DNA of 64,000 nucleotides from an uncultured delta proteobacterium (GCA_963699755.1 CAVOVB010000002.1:352001-416000), one strand, 5' to 3'. Positions 12,152 to 21,979 are shown, counted from the stretch's first letter. Translations and numbers: made by a program. The notes: a model not told the origin generated them from the letters alone.

Positions 12152-12736
12152 TCAGTGCGAGCGCTCGAGCAAGGCTTCGAACGCGGTGTAGGCATGTTGC
12201 TCGGCCCTAGGGTCGCCCAGGAGCCGGCCAAAGTGATGATAGGCCGCGGTGATCGCGCCGAGCTCGAAAGCGAACTGCCCAAGGTCCAAGCTCTCGCGGA
12301 ACTCTCCCTCGTCGATCGCGATCTGCGCCGCGCGCTTCAACACATCCTGATAGTCCTTCTGGACCTCGACCAGATAGTCGCGCGCTGGACCGGGCTGGTC
12401 ATCGAGCTCCGCTGCAACGGCATTGAAGATGCAGCCACCAGGGAGGGCCCTTTCCCACCGCTGCATCGTGTTCTCGAACAAGGCTCGAATGCGCGCCTCA
12501 CCTCGGGGCTTCTTGAGAGCTGGTGCGATGACGATGTCGACGAAGCGCTGTCTCGCTTCTTCGAGGACCTGGAGCTGGAGCTGTTCCTTCGAATTGAAGT
12601 GAGCAAAAAGACCGCTCTTGGACATCCCGGTTGCTCTCGCGAGCGCGCCGATGGTCAGATTCTCGAGGCCAACCGTGCTCACGAGATTGAGCGCCTCGCC
12701 TACAATCGCTGCCCTGGTCTCTTCTCCCTTGGTCAT
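12152..12736 (-). CDS. TetR/AcrR family regulator
   Basis: TIGALARATGMSKSGLFAHFNSKEQLQ HTH, GGCIF. Confidence 0.93.
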   Translation of the reverse strand: MTKGEETRAAIVGEALNLVSTVGLENLTIGALARATGMSKSGLFAHFNSKEQLQLQVLEEARQRFVDIVIAPALKKPRGEARIRALFENTMQRWERALPGGCIFNAVAAELDDQPGPARDYLVEVQKDYQDVLKRAAQIAIDEGEFRESLDLGQFAFELGAITAAYHHFGRLLGDPRAEQHAYTAFEALLERSH

Positions 12737-12742
12737 GGATTG

Positions 12743-12770
12743 ACAATAGAACGACCGTTCGTTTCGTCAA
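12743..12770 (-). promoter_or_regulatory. Probably leaderless promoter with TetR operator in the spacer
   Basis: TTGACG-16bp-TATTGT, 6 nt before ATG; spacer AACGAACGGTCGTTC is quasi-palindromic. Confidence 0.65.
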
Positions 12771-12805
12771 CAGAAAATCTTGGGAATCGTAAAAAGCCAG
12801 TTAAA

Positions 12806-14023
12806 TCAGGGGCTTCCGTTGCAGCTGGAAGCTGCCGAGCCCGGAACCGTCTGGGCGGGGAAGTAGTCTCCCGGGTCGGTGAGCATGCCGCCGGCTTCGA
12901 GCTCCGCTTCGTTTCCGGAGATGGTGCTGTTGACGAAGGTCCCGCCGCCGTAAACACCACCGCCAGCGCGCGCCAGATTGTTCGCGACGGTACTGCCGTC
13001 GAGAGCTACTGGACTGTGCCCGTAGATGCCGCCGCCGAACCCGACCGCGCGGTTCTGGGAAAAGGTGCTGTCGGTCACGGTCGCCGTGCCCCCGTGGACG
13101 GCAAGTCCACCGCCATCTTTGTCGGCGGAATTCCCTGAGACCGTCGTTCGGGCCATCGTGAACTCGGCCGAAATTGAAAGGCCGCTGTCGCTGTTCCCTG
13201 AAACCGTGGAGTCGTTCACCGTCACCGTTCCTCCGGCGGAGATGCCGACGCCTACGTTGTCTGCCACGACGCTGTTCGTGACGGTCAACGTGGGGTCGCG
13301 CTGACTGAGTATTCCGGCCCCGTCTCCGGCTTCGTTCTGCACAACGCTACTATCGGTAAGGGTCAATGTGCCGTCGTTGCAAATACCGCCGCCGCGGCCA
13401 TGGAATCCAGGAGCGCCCATCGCGACGCTCTCGGAGACTACGCACCCTTCGTTCGTCAGGCTGCCGGCGTTCAGCACCGCCCCGCCTTCGATTCCGAATC
13501 CTTCGTTCGAGCCTCGGGTCATCGTGAGGCCCCGGAGCTCCGCGGCCACGTCAGCGGGTACCGAGAAGACACGGTGCTCATCGTTGGCGTTTATCGTCAT
13601 GTTTCCCTCGCCATCGAGGGTGACATCGTTGTCGATGACGACTTCGGCCGTCGTCGTGATTGTGGTCGGGCCATCGCAGTCGAAAGTGTACGGGCCGCCG
13701 CCCGCTTCAATCGCACAGAGGATCCCCCGCTCGTTGCACGAGCAGGTGTCGTCCTCGTCGCACGGGGCCGTGAACACACACTCTCCATCCGCCGGATTGC
13801 ACGCGTCGTCGGTGCAGTCGTCTTCGTCGTCACAAGTGACGCCTTCGCAGAGGTCGCCCCCCCCGTATCCACCACCACCGCCGGTGCCCCCGACACCGCC
13901 AGTTCCGCCGGAGCCACCCATGCCGCCATGCGGACCATCATCGGTGCACCCAACCATCGGCATGACGCCCAGCGCCAGCACGAAGCCGAATCCGAATCCG
14001 AATCCGAATAGGCAACGCATCAC
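12806..14023 (-). CDS. Lipoprotein with Gly linker, Cys-rich repeats and GGA(I/V)-type beta-helix repeats; C-terminus possibly truncated
   Basis: Lipobox MVGC, CDDxxxCTxDxC, repeated GGGI/TVSGN motifs. Confidence 0.75.
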   Translation of the reverse strand: MMRCLFGFGFGFGFVLALGVMPMVGCTDDGPHGGMGGSGGTGGVGGTGGGGGYGGGDLCEGVTCDDEDDCTDDACNPADGECVFTAPCDEDDTCSCNERGILCAIEAGGGPYTFDCDGPTTITTTAEVVIDNDVTLDGEGNMTINANDEHRVFSVPADVAAELRGLTMTRGSNEGFGIEGGAVLNAGSLTNEGCVVSESVAMGAPGFHGRGGGICNDGTLTLTDSSVVQNEAGDGAGILSQRDPTLTVTNSVVADNVGVGISAGGTVTVNDSTVSGNSDSGLSISAEFTMARTTVSGNSADKDGGGLAVHGGTATVTDSTFSQNRAVGFGGGIYGHSPVALDGSTVANNLARAGGGVYGGGTFVNSTISGNEAELEAGGMLTDPGDYFPAQTVPGSAASSCNGSP

Positions 14024-15554
14024 AACGTCCCGGTCTCGAGCAATTGCTTTGGTGCAACGGCATCAACCGTGCCTTCTGGGCCGGAGCATACGGAGTGGCA
14101 TTGGTACGGGAGCTCTTCGTACTCGAAGTAGTAGCAATCCCAGTCCTCGAGTTCCGCGACGCAAACGTCCAACGCTTCTGCGTTAGGTTCGCAGGGCATG
14201 CGCTCTCGCAACGCCATGCACTCGGAGACGCATTCGGCGAGGACTAGATCCTCGGGGAAGCACGCCACCGCACGTTCGCAGTACCCGTCGCAGAGCGCTT
14301 GCCAGACTTCGGTGTGATCGGTCCACGGGCCATCGCCATAGCGGCTAGACCACACGGAGGCTCCAAGGCCGCCCGTCAGCGGCGGCCACACTGCGAGGCC
14401 CTTGCCATCCGTGTCCACGCCCATCTTCGGGTGCGCGACGTCACCCCCGGTGTCGAGTCTCACAGATTGGTCCCAAGCGCTACCTGGGGTGTACCGGCTA
14501 GACCAGATGGTGCCCCTGTAGTTGAAGACACCGCCCAAACCGCCAGCGCATTCCCGTTCGGATCGATCGCGACATCGGGCTCGGCATCGTATCGCTCGAT
14601 GTAGTCGGCCTCGACCAGCGCCGCCGTTCTCCATCCCGCAGCCGGGTCGAAACCGTTCGACCAGATAGCGCCTTCTTGGGTCTGCTCGTCCCAGCGCTGC
14701 CACACGACGACCGCTTCGCCGCTGGCGTTCATCGCGATCGCAGGCGCGCGCGATCGTCCAGCGCCGTCGAGGCTTTCGATGCGGGAGGGCTTGGCCTCCC
14801 AACCACTTGCGGGGGTGAAGCGATTGGCCCAGATGCGGGAGGGCCAGTCCTCCTGGTCCCCCTCTTCCTGGCGCCACACCGCAATGGCGCTTCCATTTGC
14901 GTCCATCGCGATGCGATGCCCGTCTGGATCCATCGCTGCCTGCGGAGCGCTCGGGTAGCCGATCTGGTCGTCGTCGATCCGCGTGACGGCGCCCCAGCCG
15001 CCTGTCGGCGTATGGCGCGCTGCCGCGAGGGTGCCCCGATTGTCCGCCACGCGGACCCACACCGCTATCGCATTGCCGCTTGCGTCCATTGCAACGCTCG
15101 GCGCGAACGTGCTCCCTGCGAAATCGGAGTCGAGGGACACGGCTGCCTGCCAGCCGCCTGCTAGCGTGTAGGCGGCGGCCCAAACTTCGCCCTGCCCGCC
15201 TTGAGCATCATGCTGCCATACCGCGACCGCGCTGCCGCTCGGATCCATTGCGACGCGCGGGTATCGCGCGAAGCCGTCGTCTGCCGCGATGCGCTCGGCC
15301 GTTCCCCAGCCACCTTCCGGCGCAAACGAAGCGGCCCACACTTGAGAGTCCGCCCCACCATAGTAGAGCCAGACGGCAACGGCTGCGCCGCTCGCGTCGA
15401 CGGCGAGATCGGGATCGTACCCGTCGGCGATACGCTCGGGGTCTCCACATCCGTGATCGATCGTCTCGCCTTTGGGATCGTCAGCGCACCCAGCGATCCG
15501 CAGAGCACCTACGGCAAGCAGAAACACCGAAAAGCCGATCAAATACCGCATCAC
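14020..15554 (-). pseudogene. Beta-propeller-repeat lipoprotein split by a frameshift near 14535
   Basis: PxVAMDxSGxAxAVW repeats continue across ORFs 14460-15554 and 14020-~14540; adding one G in TGGGC restores the frame. Confidence 0.75.
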
Positions 15555-15591
15555 AACGTCCCCGATTCAGCAAGTCAGTCCTTCAGATCAG

Positions 15592-15607
15592 TGCAGCAGC
15601 CGTGCCA
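15592..15607 (-). promoter_or_regulatory. sigma54 -24/-12 promoter
   Basis: TGGCACGGCTGCTGCA (GG-N10-GC), 38 bp upstream of start 15554. Confidence 0.65.
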
Positions 15608-15721
15608 GCTCGTTTGCGCGAATTCCCCTGGGTCTTCCGCATACTTCCAGCGCAAGATTTGCGTTTGGGGCGTGGGTGCGCACCGGATGCGCAGACACAG
15701 CTAGCGCCTTACGGCGGCACC

Positions 15722-16060
15722 TCAGGCGCCCCCATCGCTCATGCCCCCGTCAGGTGCTTCGCCTTCGAGTCGACACTCTCCTGAATCGCAAACTCCAGGT
15801 TGCCCATCTACTTCGCATGGGGTGCCGTCGCTGGCGTCGTCGTATTCGCACCAGTACGTATCTGTTCCTCCCGCTTCGAGACAGGAGGGATCGCTAGACA
15901 ACGAAGGCGTCCACTCGCGATGACAGAGATCCCTGGTACACGGGTTGTCGTCATCGCAGTCGCTATCGAGGTAGCACTCGTCAAACAATAAACCGCACCT
16001 CGGCATGAAGACGAGCAGAGCTAGAACGGCCACCATAATCCACTTGAGCATCGACAACAT
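15722..16060 (-). CDS. Small Cys-rich lipoprotein (start may be 16051)
   Basis: Hydrophobic signal plus Cys, CDDDNPCTRDLC, DGTPC...GVC...C. Confidence 0.75.
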   Translation of the reverse strand: MLSMLKWIMVAVLALLVFMPRCGLLFDECYLDSDCDDDNPCTRDLCHREWTPSLSSDPSCLEAGGTDTYWCEYDDASDGTPCEVDGQPGVCDSGECRLEGEAPDGGMSDGGA

Positions 16061-16066
16061 GACTGG

Positions 16067-16082
16067 TGCAACGCGCGTGCCA
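16067..16082 (-). promoter_or_regulatory. sigma54 -24/-12 promoter
   Basis: TGGCACGCGCGTTGCA, consensus match. Confidence 0.75.
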
Positions 16083-16658
16083 TTTGGTGCGCCGAAACTG
16101 CTTAGCTTCTGGCGTTGCTCAGGCGCAGCTATTGCGTTTGGGGCGGTGGGGACGTAGCGGGTGCGCTCGGCGTCACACCGCGACGGCCGCGACCGCGTGC
16201 GCCACGTTCCACTTCCGGCGCTGTTTGATCGACACCTTCCGACGCCATTCGAACCCCTCTAGGCCAAGCTCCGCAAGTTCGACCGGCGGCGGCGTGGCGC
16301 CTTTCGTCCCCCCGCGTCGGGGTTCCTGGCCCGAGGCACACGTCCGCGACCTTCGGGTCTTTTGCCCGAAGGTCGCAAGACGCGCGCGTCTCGTGTCCCG
16401 CAAATCGCACCGCTTGGCAACCCGTCCGACCTTCGGGTTATGAGCTCACAAAGGAAGGCTTTCGCACGCCAGAACAAGCAATCGAGACCACTCAGAAACC
16501 TCAGTGAAGGCCAGGTATTAGGTTCCTTCGCCATGTTCACGGGTCGTCATCTCTCATCACTGCGTTTCACATCGTTAAGGCACCGTCAGGCCACCGGGTT
16601 CGTTTCGACACCGTCAACGGGCTCCGATGCAACACAATCCAGGTCTGAGTCGGGCATG

Positions 16659-17054
16659 CTACTCGAGCAAGCTGCGAAGCATCCACGCTGTCTTATGGTG
16701 TACCTGCATGCGCTGCGTGAGCATATCGCAAGTGCGCTGATCATTCGCTACCTCGGCAATCTTGAAGACGTCGCGCGACGTGCGAGCCGCGGTCTCGTGT
16801 CCTTCGACCAGAAGGCGGATCATGTCCTCGACCGTGAGAACGCCCTCTTCCTCCTTGATCGCCGATAGCTCCGCAAATCGCTTGTACGTACCGGGGGCCG
16901 CCATACTGAGGGCACGCATGCACTCCGCGACGAGATCAACAGCGAGGGCAAGCTCCTTGTACTGGGCCTCGAACATGAGGCGCAACGTCTGGAACATAGG
17001 CCCCGTGACGTCCCAGTGAAACTTGTCACGGACCTCGGCGTTCTGAACGGCCAT
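16659..17054 (-). pseudogene. dps: Dps/ferritin-like protein lacking its N-terminal helix
   Basis: FHWDVTGPMFQTLRLMFEAQY...HHKTAWMLRS; expected LxLKTHN lead-in absent, conserved His replaced (TLR). Confidence 0.8.
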
Positions 17055-17242
17055 ACGAGCGAGTTTTGCCGGTGTTTTCGCGGTTTCGTGATTCGGGAAA
17101 GTGCGCTAAGGAGAGTGGCGCTTAGATGCGCGAGCGCAGGAGTTCGCCGGAAGTCGTAGCGGCGCATCGTCGACTTTCGCCATGCTTGTGGTACCGTTCA
17201 GACTGCCTGGCGTGAGACGTGGCCGGCATGGGAGGGTTGGAG

Positions 17243-17611
17243 ATGAGAATGCTCGTGATACTGGTTCTGAGCGGGACGCTCGGGCTCCTCGGGTGTGGCA
17301 GCAGCGACGACGGAAGCGGCGGCTCAGGGGGGTCGGGTGGAAACGGTGGCACGGCAGGCACCGGCGGGGCCGGCGGCACCGGCGGCACGGACGCCGCGGC
17401 GGCGTTCTGCGACGGCTTCGAGGCCACCTGCAATTACGTCGACTACGAGTTCGAGAACCGTGCCGACTGCCTCGACTTCTACAACACCGAGGATGCTGCG
17501 CGTGTGGCATGCGTCGAACAGCACTTGGGCTTCGCGATGGACGCCGAGACCGGTAGTCCCGACAGGGCTTTGCACTGCGGACACGCGTCGGGACTCGCAC
17601 CGTGTAACTGA
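17243..17611 (+). CDS. Small lipoprotein with Gly linker and Cys-rich domain
   Basis: Lipobox LLGC, GGxGG linker, six further Cys. Confidence 0.75.
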   Translation: MRMLVILVLSGTLGLLGCGSSDDGSGGSGGSGGNGGTAGTGGAGGTGGTDAAAAFCDGFEATCNYVDYEFENRADCLDFYNTEDAARVACVEQHLGFAMDAETGSPDRALHCGHASGLAPCN

Positions 17612-17773
17612 CACGACGGAAGTCTCTCGATCATGAGCTTCACGACCCGGGTTTCCGAGCGAGGCAGCATAATGCCGTAAGCTTCGGGTTCGATCGGAGA
17701 TGTGATGAACCCCACTGTGCCTCCTGCAATCGATAGCATCATCGCGGACATGCGGTTTTCGGCGCTGGCGCCC

Positions 17774-17895
17774 TCGCCGCTCGGCCCCAGTCGATCGAAG
17801 TAGCGCTTGGTTCGAGCAGCGTCCGGTCGGGAAGACAGTCCTTGAAATCCTGACCGACGGTCGTTATACGCTGTCCACCGTTTTCGATACCGGCG
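17774..17895 (+). promoter_or_regulatory. Probable yybP-ykoY (Mn2+) riboswitch variant
   Basis: GAAGTAGC, hairpin GGTCGGGA-AGACAGTCCTTGAAA-TCCTGACC, enclosing CAGCGT/ACGCTG and CGCCG/CGGCG; directly upstream of a UPF0016 gene. Confidence 0.5.
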
Positions 17896-17914
17896 CGTCC
17901 CGCGGAGGCTGTTC

Positions 17915-18481
17915 TTGGAAGCTTTGTTTGTCTCCGTGTCGGTGGTCGCGCTGGCGGAGATGGGTGACAAGACCCAACTGCTCTCCTTTGTTCTCGCGGC
18001 AAAGCTCAAACGCAAAGTGCCTATCGCACTTGGAATTCTGTTCGCTACGCTCGCCAATCACGCCCTCGCCGGCTACGTGGGCACATGGCTCGCCGCCCTG
18101 GTGTCCCCCGGAGCTCTGAAATGGATCATCGCCGTATCGTTTTTTGTCTTCGCTTTGTGGGCGCTCAAGCCGGATAAGCTCGATGAAAGCAAAAAGCTCC
18201 GTGGCACCGGTGTGTTCCTGACGACACTCTTGGCCTTCTTCATGGTAGAGATGGGCGATAAGACGCAGCTCGCGACCATCGCGCTGGCGGCGCGCTACGA
18301 GTCCCTGTTCGCTGTCGTGCTAGGAACGACGCTTGGTATGATGATCGCAAATGTCCCTGCTGTGTGGTTGGGCGAAACTCTGGCTCATCGCGTCAACATG
18401 AAGGTGATGCGTGGAGTCGCGGCGGCATTGTTCGTCGTTCTCGGAGTATTGGCGCTATTCGCCGGGAACAGGGTTGACTGA
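17915..18481 (+). CDS. TMEM165/GDT1 (UPF0016) Mn2+/Ca2+ transporter
   Basis: Two EMGDKTQL motifs; TTG start after GGAGG. Confidence 0.95.
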   Translation: MEALFVSVSVVALAEMGDKTQLLSFVLAAKLKRKVPIALGILFATLANHALAGYVGTWLAALVSPGALKWIIAVSFFVFALWALKPDKLDESKKLRGTGVFLTTLLAFFMVEMGDKTQLATIALAARYESLFAVVLGTTLGMMIANVPAVWLGETLAHRVNMKVMRGVAAALFVVLGVLALFAGNRVD

Positions 18482-18740
18482 CCCAGTTCGGCCGAAATCG
18501 AAGTTGAGCGTCGACTCGCTCGATATGGCCCGAACGAGCTGGAAGCCGCTGATCGTGTCTCGCCTTGGGCCGTTCTGTTGGGACAATTCAAGAATGTCCT
18601 CATCATCATCCTGCTGATCGCAACCGCAGTCTCCGCCTTTGTTGGACACGGCGTCGAGGCCATCGCCATCGCCGTGATCCTGCTGTTCGCCGTGGTGCTG
18701 GGCTTCGTAATGAGTACCGAGCGGAACGTGCGATCGAAGT
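18471..18740 (+). pseudogene. N-terminal fragment of a Ca2+/cation P-type ATPase
   Basis: Hand translation RRLARYGPNEL...LLGQFKNVLIIILLIA...AIAIAVIL..VLGFV, then frameshift to EYRAERAIE; nothing beyond. Confidence 0.8.
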
Positions 18741-18949
18741 GCCGGTTTTGATTGCGCAACCCCCCCGCACGGAGGTCGCTCGCTCGCCGGGCTCGGCAGC
18801 GCTCGCTGAAATAGGGAACTCTTACCACGCCGCAGCAGCGGTCAAGAGCTCTGCCACGACCAATTTCTTAGTTTCAGTCAACCTTAACACTTGAGACATT
18901 TCGCAAACGATGGGAATACAAACCCACGTGAGCGAGGGGTCATAGGGTA

Positions 18950-19423
18950 GTGGCGCTGGTTTCTCAGCGACCGTGTCTGCGGGGTCGTCACCGTGTCGCG
19001 GCCTTCTTGTATGCCGGCATCGCCGTCGTCAGCTTGGTGCTTGGCGCGATCTACTTGTTTCGCGATTCTTTCATGCCGTATCACGCGGCTGCCCTGGGCA
19101 AGGATTGGGGCGATCTCGGCTCTGCGACCCAGACTCTTCTCAAGGCCCTCATGGAAGTTGCGGCGGGCGGCTGGCTGGCGCTCGGAGCGCTGGTCTTGTT
19201 ACTCGTTGCGTTTCCGATTCGGCGCGGTGAGCGCTGGGCGCGGCTCGCTGCACCAGCCGCTCTCTTGCTCTTCTACGTCCCCACGCTGCTTGCCACCCTG
19301 CGTGTGCTTCATGAGACACCCGCTTCGCCACCTTGGCGCTTCAACGTAGTCGCGTGTCTATGCGCGCTCGTAGGCTTTCTTCTAGACGCACCGTGGCGTT
19401 CTCACCAGACGAACTTCCGATAG
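18950..19423 (+). CDS. Hypothetical 4-TM membrane protein
   Basis: Hydrophobic helices, FMPYHAAALG motif. Confidence 0.7.
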   Translation: MALVSQRPCLRGRHRVAAFLYAGIAVVSLVLGAIYLFRDSFMPYHAAALGKDWGDLGSATQTLLKALMEVAAGGWLALGALVLLLVAFPIRRGERWARLAAPAALLLFYVPTLLATLRVLHETPASPPWRFNVVACLCALVGFLLDAPWRSHQTNFR

Positions 19424-20940
19424 ACCCTAGGATCGATCGCCGCGGCGCCGAGCATGCCGCCTGCGAGAGCTCCGGCGATCCCGGGGATCATGACGTCCTG
19501 GCCGGTCAGGAATAGGCCGGGGACCGGTGTACGAGCGGCGAGCGCCTCGGACAACATGCGGCGAGGCGTCGTTTCGACGCCGTAGAACCCGCCCTTCTCG
19601 TGGCCGGTGAACGCCGCCGTTGCGAGCGGGGTGCCGAGCTCGCGGTAGACGACGAGCGGCGCCAGCGCCGGGAACTTCTCCTCGAAGAACGCCATCATCT
19701 TCGCCTCGACGCCCTGCTTGAACGCCGCCCATTCGGCGGCGAGCTCCTCGGGCTCTCCGTCCGCGAACCGGGCGACCGACGACCAATCGGCCCAAACCAG
19801 CGCTTCACCGGTGTGTTTGTTCGATGGGCCGGGATCGTGCTCGGGGTCCTTGAGCGACGGGAAAGAGACGAACATCATCGGGATAGGGCTGCTGTCTGCG
19901 TCTACCCAGATGCCATCGTTGGTGTCCCAGCTTTCGTAGAACCAATGGTTCGCGCGTGTGGCTCCGTGTCGAGCGATGTCTCCCTCGAACCCGAGGAACA
20001 TGTCGAAGTGGCAGATCGACGGCTCGAAAGAAGCGATCTCGCGGGCCCACTCCTGCTCGCGAATTCCCTCGGGAAGCAATCGCTTGACCGTTTCGCCCGC
20101 GCCGATCGCCGAGACGATCACGGGCGCCTTGATCTCTTCGCCGCCGCTCGTACGGACGCCGACGGCTCTATCCTCTTCAAACAGAATCGCGGTGACGGGC
20201 GTGGACGCGCGTGCGCTTCCGCCAGCCTCCTCGATCACCGGTACGAGCCCCGCGGCAATGGCGCTTGCGCCGCCCACGGGATAGCCCGCGCCGTCGAGGT
20301 AGTGGCGCATGACGATGGCGTGAACGCCGAAGCTGCCTTCCTTCGGTTTGCCGCCATAGGTGCCCCACTGCGCAGACAACACCGCCGCGAGCTTCGGGTC
20401 GGTGATGATGTCTGCGATGACTTCGCCGGTCGTTCGACCGCACCACCGCTGGATCTTGCGCTTGTTCAACCAGCGCTGCGCGGAGCGGAACGGCTCGGGA
20501 ACCGAACGCCCACCGGCGACCATGTGCGCAATCGTCTCCGCCGACTGCAACGCCTCGAAGTAGGCCTCGATTTCCGCCGCGTTGTCCGGGAACCGATCCT
20601 TGAGCTCCATCTTGTATGCGGCCTCCGGGCGCGCCACCGAGATATCGAAGCCATCCGGAAAGTGCAGGGTGTCGTAGACCGTGCCGACAGAGCGAAACTC
20701 GATCGTCCCGCCACTGAGCCAGTCCAAGATCCGACCTGCGGACTGGTCGGGACCAAACAAGCCGCAGTAGTGAAGGCCCACGTCCCAGCTGAAGCCGTCT
20801 CGAGAGAAGGTGTGGGTCAACCCTCCAATCGACTGCGCCTGCTCGAGAAGCAGGACTTTGTGTTCCAACCGGGACAGGGCTGCCGCAGTCGTCATGCCGC
20901 CCATGCCCGATCCGATGACGATGACATCGAATTCGCTCAT
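19402..20940 (-). CDS. FAD-dependent oxidoreductase, phytoene desaturase/retinol saturase family
   Basis: VIGSGMGG, GGLTHTF, WDVGLHY, GLFLTGQD. Confidence 0.9.
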   Translation of the reverse strand: MSEFDVIVIGSGMGGMTTAAALSRLEHKVLLLEQAQSIGGLTHTFSRDGFSWDVGLHYCGLFGPDQSAGRILDWLSGGTIEFRSVGTVYDTLHFPDGFDISVARPEAAYKMELKDRFPDNAAEIEAYFEALQSAETIAHMVAGGRSVPEPFRSAQRWLNKRKIQRWCGRTTGEVIADIITDPKLAAVLSAQWGTYGGKPKEGSFGVHAIVMRHYLDGAGYPVGGASAIAAGLVPVIEEAGGSARASTPVTAILFEEDRAVGVRTSGGEEIKAPVIVSAIGAGETVKRLLPEGIREQEWAREIASFEPSICHFDMFLGFEGDIARHGATRANHWFYESWDTNDGIWVDADSSPIPMMFVSFPSLKDPEHDPGPSNKHTGEALVWADWSSVARFADGEPEELAAEWAAFKQGVEAKMMAFFEEKFPALAPLVVYRELGTPLATAAFTGHEKGGFYGVETTPRRMLSEALAARTPVPGLFLTGQDVMIPGIAGALAGGMLGAAAIDPRVYRKFVW

Positions 20941-21081
20941 TGGTGCTCCCCGAACTCCGCTCAGAGCCGGCCCAAGTCAGATAACCGCAAGAGCGGCGCC
21001 GCGTCAAACCGTCTGTGGCCGCGCCGTCTGTGCACGTGGAGCTCTCCTTGACGGGGGCCAGCGAAGATCTACCACAGCTCC

Positions 21082-21564
21082 ATGCCGGCTCCCGTCACCC
21101 CGGACCTCGTCTGGAAAGAGATCGAAAAGCGATCGTTCGCCGTCCTTTCCTACGTGAACCCCAAAGGCCGGGCCCGCTCCTCTGGCATCGTCTACGTCCC
21201 GATCGACCGGGTGCTCTACGTTCGCGTTGCGAAAGATTCGTGGAAGGCGAAACACATCCGGCGGAACCCCCACGTCGCGCTCAACGTGACGATTCCCAAA
21301 CGCGTTCCGTTCATGCCCTGGATCGACATCCCCGACGCGACCATCGCGTTCAGCGGCACCGCACGCGTCGTTCCAATGAGCGAGGTCGGACCGAAGCTCC
21401 TCGAAAGGATCGAGGGACGCCTGATCGAACACCGCGAGACCATGGTCGAGAACTGCATCATCGAGATCCACGCGACCGGTCACTTTGCGACCTACGGCGT
21501 CGGCGTGTCTCTCCTCGACATGCGCGACCCAGAAAAGGCGCGCGGTCGCACGCCCGTCGGCTAG
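21082..21564 (+). CDS. Pyridoxamine 5'-phosphate oxidase-like protein
   Basis: FAVLSYV..G.A.SS, SWKAKHIRRNPHVAL. Confidence 0.8.
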   Translation: MPAPVTPDLVWKEIEKRSFAVLSYVNPKGRARSSGIVYVPIDRVLYVRVAKDSWKAKHIRRNPHVALNVTIPKRVPFMPWIDIPDATIAFSGTARVVPMSEVGPKLLERIEGRLIEHRETMVENCIIEIHATGHFATYGVGVSLLDMRDPEKARGRTPVG

Positions 21565-21676
21565 ATACCTTTGGCCTTACGCGTGGACGTTCCATCTCGG
21601 ATCACGGGCGCAGCTGCGTTTGGTCGAGTCGCTGCGGCCCGGTGCTTCACCTCAGGGCACCCTCGCGGCACCGAAC

Positions 21677-21712
21677 AAGAAGAAAGGCACCTAGCCAATT
21701 CGCTAAGTGCCT
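21677..21712 (-). terminator. Intrinsic terminator downstream of a tRNA-like relic
   Basis: Minus strand AGGCACTTAGC-GAATTG-GCTAGGTGCCT followed by TTCTTCTT. Confidence 0.6.
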
Positions 21713-21883
21713 GACTTCCTTAGTTGCGGGGCCGGATACGCACAGCGTTGTCCGGTCGATTTCGGAGTGGCGATGGAGGCGGTGGTCGCGGCGTAGTACG
21801 GCGGCCCGAAGACGACGGAGCATTTGTGCTCGCCCCCGCCGAGCACATGTCAACGCTGCGTCAACGCCGGACAACGGAAGGGC

Positions 21884-21979
21884 GGGCATAGCCAATTCAA
21901 ACGCCCTCTCCGCACGCTCCCCAGCGCGACATAAGATCTAGTAGCGCGAAATTCGGCGCTTCTATTGAGCCCGATGGGC
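21884..21979 (-). repeat. Orphan oriIS-like end, copy 1
   Basis: 96 bp, 8 mismatches by eye to 26566-26661; minus strand ends GGGCGTTTGAATTGGCTATGCCC. Confidence 0.85.

Noticed and set aside
17612..17751. Possible solute-binding protein fragment (PIEPEAYGIMLP) on the minus strand
   Set aside because: Too short to support without a search
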